IMG/VR virus record: IMGVR_UViG_3300025723_001543
Coordinates: 29,307-93,306 of that record
Source: a virus
Taxonomy: Duplodnaviria; Heunggongvirae; Uroviricota; Caudoviricetes
Strand: one strand, 5' to 3'
DNA: 64,000 nt
Position 1 is the first letter of the stretch; every line of letters begins with the position of its first letter. Of this stretch, positions 14,139 to 22,344 are shown piece by piece. The notes under the pieces are model-generated. The model saw only the letters and a list, made by a program, of their open reading frames with translations. It ran no database searches and was not told the DNA's origin. Position numbers and translations under genes: made by a program.

Positions 14139-15602
14139 CTATGAATTGGGGAGAGGTGTATTTGGATTATTTTTACGCCAAATCAAATATTTTTCATAGT
14201 CAGCTTTGGTCATTTTGATATGCTTCTTAACTGGTTTACCATCGTTAATATCATTAAGAGGAAAACTCGGCAAAGTTATTTCTGTGCACAAATTTGACAT
14301 GCGAATAGGTGCTAACTCCTTAATGAACGATCCATGATCATTAGCGTGATCTACATTCTGCAGATAAATACGTCCGGTATCCTTCCTCTCTTGCATGAAT
14401 CCTGAGAAGAGTTCAATGGCTGGTATTGTTTTCTTTCTAATTGCTGGGTTTTGTTCTGCAGACTCGTATAAATTTCTAAACCTGTCAGTATCAATAAAAA
14501 AAGAGTCATACAAGTCAGGAACGTCGTTAGGAGAAAAGAGGGTAATGTTACCTCCTGTGAGAAGTCTTTCATACATCACCTTATTAAATTGGACACCATA
14601 GTCCAAGCCACGGATACGATTATCTTCTGTGCCCTTATTGTTCTTCAATACCAACAAATCTTCGACTTCCAAATGCCAGATAGGGTAATAAAGAGTTGCC
14701 GCACCGCCTCTAACACCGCCTTGTGAACACGATTTAACTGCACTTTGGAAGTGCTTGTAGAAAGGAATGACACCAGTATGCGTAGTATCACCAGAGCGAA
14801 TAGGAGAGCCGATAGCACGAATACGACCAGCATTAATACCGATACCAGCTTTTTGAGAAACATACTTAACGACTGCGGAAGCTGTTGCAGAAATTGAATC
14901 AAGACTGTCACCTGCTTCGATAAGAACGCACGAAGAGAATTGCTTCTGAGGCGAACGGAGACCTGCCATAATAGGAGTCGGCAACGATATTTCAAAAGTA
15001 GATGTTGCATCATATAAATCCTTTACCCATTTCAAACGGGTTTCTTTTGGGTAATTACGGAAAAGCACCATTGCGATAAGCATGTAGGCAAACTGCGGCG
15101 TTTCAAAAACCTGACCAGTTGAACGGTTTTTGATTAGGTACTTGCCACGAAACTGTTCCATGCCAACATAAGCGATAGAAAAGTCTCGCTTGTGATCAAT
15201 GTAAGTATTAAGAGTAGCAAGATCAGAAGCAGAATACCATTCTTTAATACTTTTGTCATAATATCCTGCGCCAATAACGTTATCAATATGATTATTGAGA
15301 GTAGGAACATTATAGTCACCATAAACCTGCTTTCTGATATGATAATTGATGAGACGACCAGCAACATACTGATAACCGGGATTATCTTCTGAAATAAGGT
15401 CAGCTGAAGCCTTAATTAGTGTTTCTTGAATATCAGTTGTCTTGATGCCATTATAAAATTGAATTTGAGACTTCAATTCAATTTCTGATTCTGAAACACC
15501 GTTAATTCCTTCACATGCCCAAGAAACAACTTTATGGAATTTAGCCAAGTCTAAATGTTCTTTTGTACCGTTTCTTTTTGTTACTAGAACTGTATTAATC
15601 AT
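14139..15602 (-). CDS. nrdA: Ribonucleotide reductase alpha subunit, N-terminal fragment (NrdA-a) with ATP cone
   Basis: VTKRNG ATP cone, PTPIMAG, QFSSCVL (C225-equivalent), QGGVRGG, SNLCTE (N437/C439/E441-equivalent); likely start MINTVLV at 15602. Confidence 0.96.
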   Translation of the reverse strand: MINTVLVTKRNGTKEHLDLAKFHKVVSWACEGINGVSESEIELKSQIQFYNGIKTTDIQETLIKASADLISEDNPGYQYVAGRLINYHIRKQVYGDYNVPTLNNHIDNVIGAGYYDKSIKEWYSASDLATLNTYIDHKRDFSIAYVGMEQFRGKYLIKNRSTGQVFETPQFAYMLIAMVLFRNYPKETRLKWVKDLYDATSTFEISLPTPIMAGLRSPQKQFSSCVLIEAGDSLDSISATASAVVKYVSQKAGIGINAGRIRAIGSPIRSGDTTHTGVIPFYKHFQSAVKSCSQGGVRGGAATLYYPIWHLEVEDLLVLKNNKGTEDNRIRGLDYGVQFNKVMYERLLTGGNITLFSPNDVPDLYDSFFIDTDRFRNLYESAEQNPAIRKKTIPAIELFSGFMQERKDTGRIYLQNVDHANDHGSFIKELAPIRMSNLCTEITLPSFPLNDINDGKPVKKHIKMTKADYEKYLIWRKNNPNTPLPNS

Positions 15603-15762
15603 TCTTCTCTGCCTCATTACGTGATAAAATTGCTGTATTGCCTTCAACAGACCATTGTAACACATCTCCTTCTTTCCAATCAAGTTCTTTGATTAGATCA
15701 TCAGGAATAATGATGAACAACTCTCCATTTTCGTCTGTTTGTATTTCTGATGAATATTTCAT
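15595..15762 (-). CDS. AbrB/MazE-like small DNA-binding protein (55 aa; below cutoff)
   Basis: Translation MKYSSEIQTDENGELFIIIPDDLIKELDWKEGDVLQWSVEGNTAILSRNEAEKND (I.IP..L...L.W..GD pattern); ATGA overlap with primase. Confidence 0.75.
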   Translation of the reverse strand: MKYSSEIQTDENGELFIIIPDDLIKELDWKEGDVLQWSVEGNTAILSRNEAEKND

Positions 15763-16799
15763 AATTTGCTCCATGACTGCATACGCATCTTAGCTGAAAG
15801 CCCAGAATATGTATTATGGTCAATAATAGATTGAACAGATGCACCTGTATGACCAGTTTTAATCATATCGTTGATATCTTTTTCTTTGATGTGATCTGGC
15901 CAGATACAGACCTTGAACCCTTGATCAATTGCTTTGTTGATCTTACTAACAATTTCTTTGTTTCTGGGTTCGTTATCATATACTATCACAATCTTGTTAG
16001 AGTCTGCAAGCAAATTAAAGTTAACGTCTGAACCAGCCATTGCCAAACAATTATCAAGAAACAAACTGTCAATTGGTCCTTCAACAATGTAAACAATTTT
16101 TCTTTTGTCTATTGTTTCTTGACCAAATACCTTCTGTTTCGTGTCGTCTAAAATGATTGTGGAATAACGCAACCCTGTGGATGAACGAATTGCTCTGCCA
16201 GTAAATCCAAATACATATCCCCTTTCATCAATGAAAGGAAGAATTATACGAGGCTCATCAAATTTTAAAGCCTTTTCATTGAACTTATCAGGGATAATTT
16301 CATTCACCCAGTGATAATATGTAGGTGAATAATAAAGTCTAAAATGCGTATTTGGGGGTATTTTTCGATCTAAAATATATTTTTTTGCTGCATGATCATA
16401 AGGCAACTGCGATATCTTTTTTAAAGATTTAAATGGATCAAAATGATCAACTCTCCTTGATGAAAACTTTGTTACATCAGTTACGAACTTCTCTGGCTCA
16501 AGCTTTGATTGATCAGAATTCTTCAAGAATTCAATCCTATATTCTGAATAAAGAACAGGATTTATTAATTGAATAAATTTTTGAAGAGAAGCACTATAGC
16601 CACAATTATGACATTTCACATTGATACGATCAGTGTGTTCATAAAAGTAGCCACGAGTCTTTAATTTATTGGATTGTGAATCACCACATACAATACATCT
16701 GAACTTTGCACCAAATGGTTTGGTCTTTACAATCTTAAATCGTTCTAATTGTGTACCAACAAGAGATGCATATTTCTGATCTAACCATAACGTAGACAT
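15759..16799 (-). CDS. 61: DNA primase, T4 gp61-like
   Basis: N-terminal CxxCGDS...CHNC Zn finger, RIILPF, TOPRIM VEGPIDSLF and DNEPRN. Confidence 0.96.
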   Translation of the reverse strand: MSTLWLDQKYASLVGTQLERFKIVKTKPFGAKFRCIVCGDSQSNKLKTRGYFYEHTDRINVKCHNCGYSASLQKFIQLINPVLYSEYRIEFLKNSDQSKLEPEKFVTDVTKFSSRRVDHFDPFKSLKKISQLPYDHAAKKYILDRKIPPNTHFRLYYSPTYYHWVNEIIPDKFNEKALKFDEPRIILPFIDERGYVFGFTGRAIRSSTGLRYSTIILDDTKQKVFGQETIDKRKIVYIVEGPIDSLFLDNCLAMAGSDVNFNLLADSNKIVIVYDNEPRNKEIVSKINKAIDQGFKVCIWPDHIKEKDINDMIKTGHTGASVQSIIDHNTYSGLSAKMRMQSWSKL

Positions 16800-16831
16800 A
16801 TATTAACTCCAATTTCAATAATGCAATACTG

Positions 16832-16860
16832 AGTATACGCACTTTGAAATCAAAAGTCAA
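16832..16860 (-). promoter_or_regulatory. Sigma70-like promoter for primase and the nrd operon
   Basis: Minus strand reads TTGACT-N17-TATACT. Confidence 0.8.
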
Positions 16861-16863
16861 TAA

Positions 16864-17148
16864 TTATTTTTTAGTAGAGATTGTCTTGTCTGCGTCGTTA
16901 ATGTATTTTTTGATTCCGTCAAGTGAATTTTTGCATACAACGTTATATTTTTGAACTTTTATCAAAAGACTACCAACCTGTTGATTAGTCAATTTGTCCG
17001 AATCAGGAAACTTTTTGATTGTAGGACACTCATAAAGATTATCAGGTATCTTGACAACTTTATATTCTGGTGCTATAAGCTTTACTGGTTCAGTACTCGC
17101 ACACCCAGCTAATGCCAATGTAATAATAGATACAGTTATCTTTTTCAT
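16864..17148 (-). CDS. Outer-membrane spanin (Rz1-like lipoprotein)
   Basis: Signal peptide with lipobox LAGC, Pro-containing region, two further Cys. Confidence 0.8.
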   Translation of the reverse strand: MKKITVSIITLALAGCASTEPVKLIAPEYKVVKIPDNLYECPTIKKFPDSDKLTNQQVGSLLIKVQKYNVVCKNSLDGIKKYINDADKTISTKK

Positions 17149-17507
17149 TTTTTAATATCCTTATCACCAAATGATTTCTGTAATTTTGTAACAATTTCTT
17201 TGAGGTATGGTGCAGCAGCATCGCTGGCATCTGTTGATTTCATATTCTTATCGATATCAGTTGTTATGGTTTCTAAAGATGCATTCTTATCATCAATTTC
17301 TTTTTTCAAGTCATCAGATTTAGACTGCAGTTCTTTCATTTGATTATCAAATTCTTCTTTTTTCTGAGCAAGCAATTGTTCTTGTTGTGTATTAAATTCG
17401 GCAATGATCTCAATTCTAAGATTGTGGTCATGAACAGCAAGCCATGTCCAAAAAGATGCAACGGCAAAAGCTATTCCAAAAAGTATGAGAGGCAATCTTC
17501 CAAACAT
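17145..17507 (-). CDS. Inner-membrane spanin (Rz-like)
   Basis: N-terminal transmembrane segment plus long coiled coil; overlaps the lipoprotein gene. Confidence 0.78.
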   Translation of the reverse strand: MFGRLPLILFGIAFAVASFWTWLAVHDHNLRIEIIAEFNTQQEQLLAQKKEEFDNQMKELQSKSDDLKKEIDDKNASLETITTDIDKNMKSTDASDAAAPYLKEIVTKLQKSFGDKDIKK

Positions 17508-18034
17508 TATATTTGTGTCCTTCTTTTTACAATACCCATTATTACATTAGCTGCTTTTTGATTTCCTTTTTTATATTTTGTTGCTGCTTTTGGAGGAACA
17601 ACAATAACACTTGGACGATCTCCAAGACCAGCAATACCACCGCCCCCTGCATTATTTACGACTCCTGCGGCGGCTGCACCATCTTCCATAACAGTTTCAA
17701 CTTCTTTCATTGTATTAATTAAATCTTCTTCGAGTGAATATAATGATTCATTAACTTTCTTTTTATTAGGTTTTGCTCTGAGTAACATCAATGCAGCTGC
17801 GATGGTCGCAAGTCTTGTTTTACCAAGAGGCAACTTAGCAATCAATCTCTTTAAATTTATGATCATGATATCAAATAAAGGGAGAGCTTTCTTTTCATCA
17901 GGAGTAAATTGGTCTCTACTTTTTAGAAAATTTCCATCAGCGTCTATCAATCCTGCAGTATACGCAGGATACTTATCAAATGGCATGACCAATCTTCTTA
18001 CGAAAGCATATACAAGATATGAATCTACAACCAT
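17507..18034 (-). CDS. Conserved T4-like hypothetical protein, possibly internal head protein
   Basis: NES and MED candidate cleavage motifs, NNAGGGGIAG segment. Confidence 0.75.
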   Translation of the reverse strand: MVVDSYLVYAFVRRLVMPFDKYPAYTAGLIDADGNFLKSRDQFTPDEKKALPLFDIMIINLKRLIAKLPLGKTRLATIAAALMLLRAKPNKKKVNESLYSLEEDLINTMKEVETVMEDGAAAAGVVNNAGGGGIAGLGDRPSVIVVPPKAATKYKKGNQKAANVIMGIVKRRTQI

Positions 18035-18035
18035 T

Positions 18036-18425
18036 TTATATCTTCCTTAGTTGTTCTAGAATATAAGTATTCATTTTTATTTCTAATGTGTATATAGTTC
18101 TATTATCTATACCAACATTTTCTATTTTTTCTGGAAGAATATTTAAAAATAAAAGAAATGGTTTTAAATATTCTTCTAGCCCTCTGCATTTCAAAAACAA
18201 CATTTTAGATGTTGCTTCTGGTCCAAATACATTATTGAGAATTATGATATGATTTAATATCAATCTCTCTTTCAAATCGCCTTCTTCTGCATATCTATTA
18301 AATAATCTTTTTATATACTTAAATCTTTTTAAATCATCATAAAATTCTATGGTGTCATAGCATTGTGTATTTTCATAATGTTTTGCTGCATATAATAAAA
18401 AATTTGACTCATCCAATTTATCCAT
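18036..18425 (-). CDS. Conserved T4-like hypothetical protein (129 aa)
   Basis: EF..DLKRFKYIKRL....RLILNHII motif common in T4-like genomes. Confidence 0.8.
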   Translation of the reverse strand: MDKLDESNFLLYAAKHYENTQCYDTIEFYDDLKRFKYIKRLFNRYAEEGDLKERLILNHIIILNNVFGPEATSKMLFLKCRGLEEYLKPFLLFLNILPEKIENVGIDNRTIYTLEIKMNTYILEQLRKI

Positions 18426-18430
18426 AAAAT

Positions 18431-19132
18431 TTATCTATTCTTTGTAATTACTAATCTACCATCTTTTGTAAAATAGCCTGTGTCACCGGGATAAAACCAT
18501 CCGTCAATAAAATATTTAGCAGTACTCTCTGGATCATCTACATATTCAGTTACCATAGTTGTTGGTGACTTTATACGAATATACCCGCCATTTACAATTT
18601 CGACTTGAACATTTGGGAGAGGAAATCCTACACAACCATCTGTATCTTCGATCTGTTCTACAGTTGCAGAAGCTATTGTTCCAATTTCACTACATCCATA
18701 ATTTACTTGAATATTTTTACATAACCATTTTTTAATAAAAGCCACATCCTTATCAGATATAGCTACATGGCCAGTTATTATTTGTAATAGACCAGCTGAT
18801 TTACCAGTTTCTTGAAATAATTGTGCAACACGAACAAGATATGCTGGCGCACCAAAAATACAATCAACTTTTTCTTTTATAAAAGTTTCTACAATTTGAT
18901 TTACAGGAACAATACCAATAATTTTTTTACCAGTTTGTTTCCCCCATTCTGCAAAACGAACTGCAGATGATGAATCTTTATCCCATGCAACATTTATTAC
19001 TTTGCAATTTGAAATATGAATCCCTTTTGCAGTTGCAATAGTAGCGATTCTTGCTGTCATAATTGCATCAGTCAATTCTATTCTTTTAGGAGTTCCAGAA
19101 GTTCCACTTGTAGACACTATTATAGATGACAT
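18431..19132 (-). CDS. Truncated AMP-binding (ANL / acyl-CoA synthetase-like) protein
   Basis: STSGTSGTPK P-loop, NYGCSEIG, GWFYPGDTGY..DGRL; ends at the hinge, with no C-terminal subdomain. Confidence 0.85.
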   Translation of the reverse strand: MSSIIVSTSGTSGTPKRIELTDAIMTARIATIATAKGIHISNCKVINVAWDKDSSSAVRFAEWGKQTGKKIIGIVPVNQIVETFIKEKVDCIFGAPAYLVRVAQLFQETGKSAGLLQIITGHVAISDKDVAFIKKWLCKNIQVNYGCSEIGTIASATVEQIEDTDGCVGFPLPNVQVEIVNGGYIRIKSPTTMVTEYVDDPESTAKYFIDGWFYPGDTGYFTKDGRLVITKNR

Positions 19133-19145
19133 ATTTTAAACCTTT

Positions 19146-20861
19146 TTAATTTAAATAAATTGTGCAGCCACGGCTAATAAGAATAGCATATGCTGTATCT
19201 GATGCAGAAGAACGTGGTGAACTTGTACCACCACTCAAATTTATATTATAACTATACATAGTAGTTCCATTTGTTCCATCTAAACTAGCTAATAAATTTA
19301 AAATATAATCAACAGAAGCTTGATCTAATGCACAATTATATGCAGTAAAATCGCCAAATATTTGTTTAATAGAATTAAAATTGAACCCATTGACCATAGA
19401 TATATTATTATCAAAATTAATATATTGATCACAAATTGATAATAAAGGAAATGCTGGTGCAGTAGTCATAATCGGATTATTTGAAATTTCAAGATACCCA
19501 GTGATTAATTCTAATTCAGGAAAAGTTGGTGGATTTGCCATATTTACATTAGAATTAAAATATATATTATGTGTTGATCTCAATTCATCAAATTGAGTAC
19601 CAGAAGATAAACCGGGATTATTATAAAAAAACATGGAAGCACAATATTCAAGTGAATTAAATCTTGGATAATCGGTTATAGAATAATTATAATAATAATT
19701 TAATACGCCAGCTTCTTGTAGTGCGGGAAATTGAGGATAATTAGTAAGATAATAATTATTTGTTATATATAAATTCCCATCTATATGGACTAAATTTGAA
19801 AAATTAAATGTTGTTGAGGTATTACTAATATCATGAATGGTAAAATTGCCGCCCACAAAAGCTAAATTATTTGCACTAAATGATGTTAATGAAGGTAAAT
19901 ATGCAATATTTACATATTGAGTTATTACATCAAGACCATCTAGATCAATATTAGAAAGAATTACTTCGCCTTTTCCACCGACTGAAAAATAATTATCAAT
20001 TCCGCCAATATTAGAAAAAGTTATTGTTTCTGTTCCACTAAGATCAGAATCTCCAGTGTAGAATCTATCGGCCATCCAATATTTTGTTTTAGACTCAAGA
20101 ATGTAATTATTTGAATTGTATATTATTGCTCTTCCTTTTAGAAGATTCATAATAAAAGGATAACCATTCCATACGCCAGTATATTGAATTTTTGGTGTCA
20201 ACATTGGTAATGTAATAACAGAATTACCGTTACGTATAATATCTCCAGTAGGAGGTATTGATAAATTACCATCAATAGTGAAATTCCAATTTTGACTTAA
20301 CGTATTATTTGCAATATATACATTAACACCATAATTTCCATAATTAGAATTCATTGACAAAACAGTAGCTCTATAAGAATCAGAAGTACTAGTATTTCCG
20401 TAATATTCAGTCCATATTTGAGATGCTCCTGGATAAACAAGATTTCCTTGATCCCAATTTTCATTTGTTTCTGTGTTAGTATAATATGAATAAGTATATA
20501 ATGAACCATTTGCAAGAATTGTTGGTCCCATGCCTTGACCAATTTCAATTTCAGTCCCATACGTGGTTGATATTAAATTTAATAAACCAGTATTATCAAA
20601 TGACCAGTTAACATCTGTATTTGTATTAATGTTAACTGATGAGCCATTTGATGCAAGAACTAAAGGTTCACCATAGTTTCTTGTGATTATAGTAGTATTA
20701 GAAAAAACAATATTTGCAGTTATAGTCTGTGATATACTATTTGCAAAATCAACAATTTTTATTTTATTAGTAGAGGGTGCGCCATTAGGATCATGTACTA
20801 TCGCAAGTAAATCAGTACCAGAAACATTTACAATAGAATTTAATTCTGTAATTTTTGGCAT
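19146..20861 (-). CDS. Virion fibre/spike-like protein with receptor-L-domain/LRR-like solenoid
   Basis: N-terminal KITEL..V.GTDLLAIV anchor motif; about 10 repeats of F..L..I.G.L.I..N; LRR-type cap. Confidence 0.7.
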   Translation of the reverse strand: MPKITELNSIVNVSGTDLLAIVHDPNGAPSTNKIKIVDFANSISQTITANIVFSNTTIITRNYGEPLVLASNGSSVNINTNTDVNWSFDNTGLLNLISTTYGTEIEIGQGMGPTILANGSLYTYSYYTNTETNENWDQGNLVYPGASQIWTEYYGNTSTSDSYRATVLSMNSNYGNYGVNVYIANNTLSQNWNFTIDGNLSIPPTGDIIRNGNSVITLPMLTPKIQYTGVWNGYPFIMNLLKGRAIIYNSNNYILESKTKYWMADRFYTGDSDLSGTETITFSNIGGIDNYFSVGGKGEVILSNIDLDGLDVITQYVNIAYLPSLTSFSANNLAFVGGNFTIHDISNTSTTFNFSNLVHIDGNLYITNNYYLTNYPQFPALQEAGVLNYYYNYSITDYPRFNSLEYCASMFFYNNPGLSSGTQFDELRSTHNIYFNSNVNMANPPTFPELELITGYLEISNNPIMTTAPAFPLLSICDQYINFDNNISMVNGFNFNSIKQIFGDFTAYNCALDQASVDYILNLLASLDGTNGTTMYSYNINLSGGTSSPRSSASDTAYAILISRGCTIYLN

Positions 20862-20885
20862 TCAGACGCACCCTTATTTTTGTTA

Positions 20886-21728
20886 TTAAGTATTTGAATT
20901 TGGTAGAACAGTATTGTCAGATGAATCGCCAGTAATAGAGCCCATGGCAACTAAAGTTTCATATTGTACACGCCCAGCTCTTCCACCACTTCCTACTTTA
21001 CGTATAACCCACCCAGAATGTGTGACACCTTTATTGATACCACCACCAACAACAGCTGCTGCAGTAGCTGTTTGGCCTTGGAATGTTGCACCACCAGCTG
21101 TTACACTATTCCCGCTCGCAGCAGAAAATGATAATGCTGGACCACTATGAGTATTTGAAAGTTGTAGAACAGTAGTATTTGCTAAAATAACAAAATACTG
21201 AGTATTATTTACCAATCCTACTGGAGTCGATGTAGCATTACCAGCATAAGTAACAACATCACCAACAGCGAAATAGCTATTTGCAGAAACAATATCAATT
21301 GCATTGGATTGTACAGCCGTATTACCGTTCCAAATAATTAAATTAGGTGCTGGAATAGTAATTGTTGGATTAGTTTCATAAGAACTTCCACCACTATTAA
21401 TAGTAGTCGATGTCACTCTTCCAGTTGAACTTACAACTGCTGTAACATTTGCTCCAGAACCACCACCACCTGTTAATGCAGCATATACGTTTGTAGAATA
21501 ACCAGAACCAGAATTAGTTATAGTAACAAGATTTACTGGACCATTTGAAACATCTGTTTCAGTAGCATCAGCACCATATTGACCAACCGTTATGCCAGTG
21601 ATATATGCATCTGGCGTAGTATTACCAAAAAAAGCATTACGATTTGCCGCCGTTGCTCTCTTATGATATTCAGTAACACCCCATAATACTGAATTAGAAC
21701 TATTATCGTGATTACCCCATTGTGCCAT
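20886..21728 (-). CDS. Conserved T4-like virion structural protein
   Basis: MAQWG N-terminus and H.GWV.RK.G.GGRAGRVQYETLVAM C-terminus flank an inserted beta-rich segment; CTAAATA late-type promoter at about 21783-21790. Confidence 0.7.
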   Translation of the reverse strand: MAQWGNHDNSSNSVLWGVTEYHKRATAANRNAFFGNTTPDAYITGITVGQYGADATETDVSNGPVNLVTITNSGSGYSTNVYAALTGGGGSGANVTAVVSSTGRVTSTTINSGGSSYETNPTITIPAPNLIIWNGNTAVQSNAIDIVSANSYFAVGDVVTYAGNATSTPVGLVNNTQYFVILANTTVLQLSNTHSGPALSFSAASGNSVTAGGATFQGQTATAAAVVGGGINKGVTHSGWVIRKVGSGGRAGRVQYETLVAMGSITGDSSDNTVLPNSNT

Positions 21729-21801
21729 TTGTTTTCTCCTTTATTCCTAAAAAAATAATATTAAAAAATGTTTATAATACTATATTTAGGTTTTTAAATT
21801 G

Positions 21802-22308
21802 CTAGACTGTTGTTGAAATATGTCCACTCATATCAGCTGATACAGCATTTGCTCCATCAACGGCCAAAGAACTAATTCCATCTGTGGAACGAAGCATCCA
21901 CCCATGCTTCTTATGTGTATCAATTCTATCTTGAAGGAAATTTGCTAACCCAACTTCGCCTTGGGCATTTGCAAGTTTATAAGAATTTTTTAAAGCTATA
22001 ATAACAGTATTATTATCAGATAAAGCTTGATTGAACATCTGGGAAGCAGGAATAACTTCAATTTGATCTTGAATCAAAGACAATTCTTTAAATCTTTGGA
22101 AAGAACCGGGAGCATAACCTTCGATTGCTCTGATGTGTTCAGCAACAGAATCAACAGAATCAAAAATTTCTTCATAAAGTTTTTGAAAAAATTTATGATA
22201 CTGAGGAAAATTAGGACCAGTAACATTCCAGTGAAAGAAATGAATCTTAAGATAAAAGGCAAAGTTAGTAGCATGTAAAACTTTCATGCTTTCAATAAGT
22301 TGTTCCAT
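21802..22308 (-). CDS. dps: Dps / mini-ferritin family protein
   Basis: Y.K.H.FHWNVTGPNF..YH..F...Y.E....D..AE.IR ferroxidase motifs and HKKH.WMLRS. Confidence 0.92.
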   Translation of the reverse strand: MEQLIESMKVLHATNFAFYLKIHFFHWNVTGPNFPQYHKFFQKLYEEIFDSVDSVAEHIRAIEGYAPGSFQRFKELSLIQDQIEVIPASQMFNQALSDNNTVIIALKNSYKLANAQGEVGLANFLQDRIDTHKKHGWMLRSTDGISSLAVDGANAVSADMSGHISTTV

Positions 22309-22330
22309 GTTTATATCCCTTAAATAAAAC

Positions 22331-22338
22331 TATTTATG
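22331..22338 (-). promoter_or_regulatory. Late promoter CATAAATA upstream of dps
   Basis: NATAAATA box about 23 nt before the ATG. Confidence 0.6.
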
Positions 22339-22344
22339 ATGGTA

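Noticed and set aside
13407-14240. Group I intron or intein interrupting nrdA
   Set aside because: The interval is fully occupied by a coding tail, a 35-nt regulatory spacer, the endonuclease and a coding head, leaving no room for a ribozyme core. There is no Cys/Ser intein start and no His-Asn-Cys/Ser end, and NrdA-b has its own RBS and ATG.
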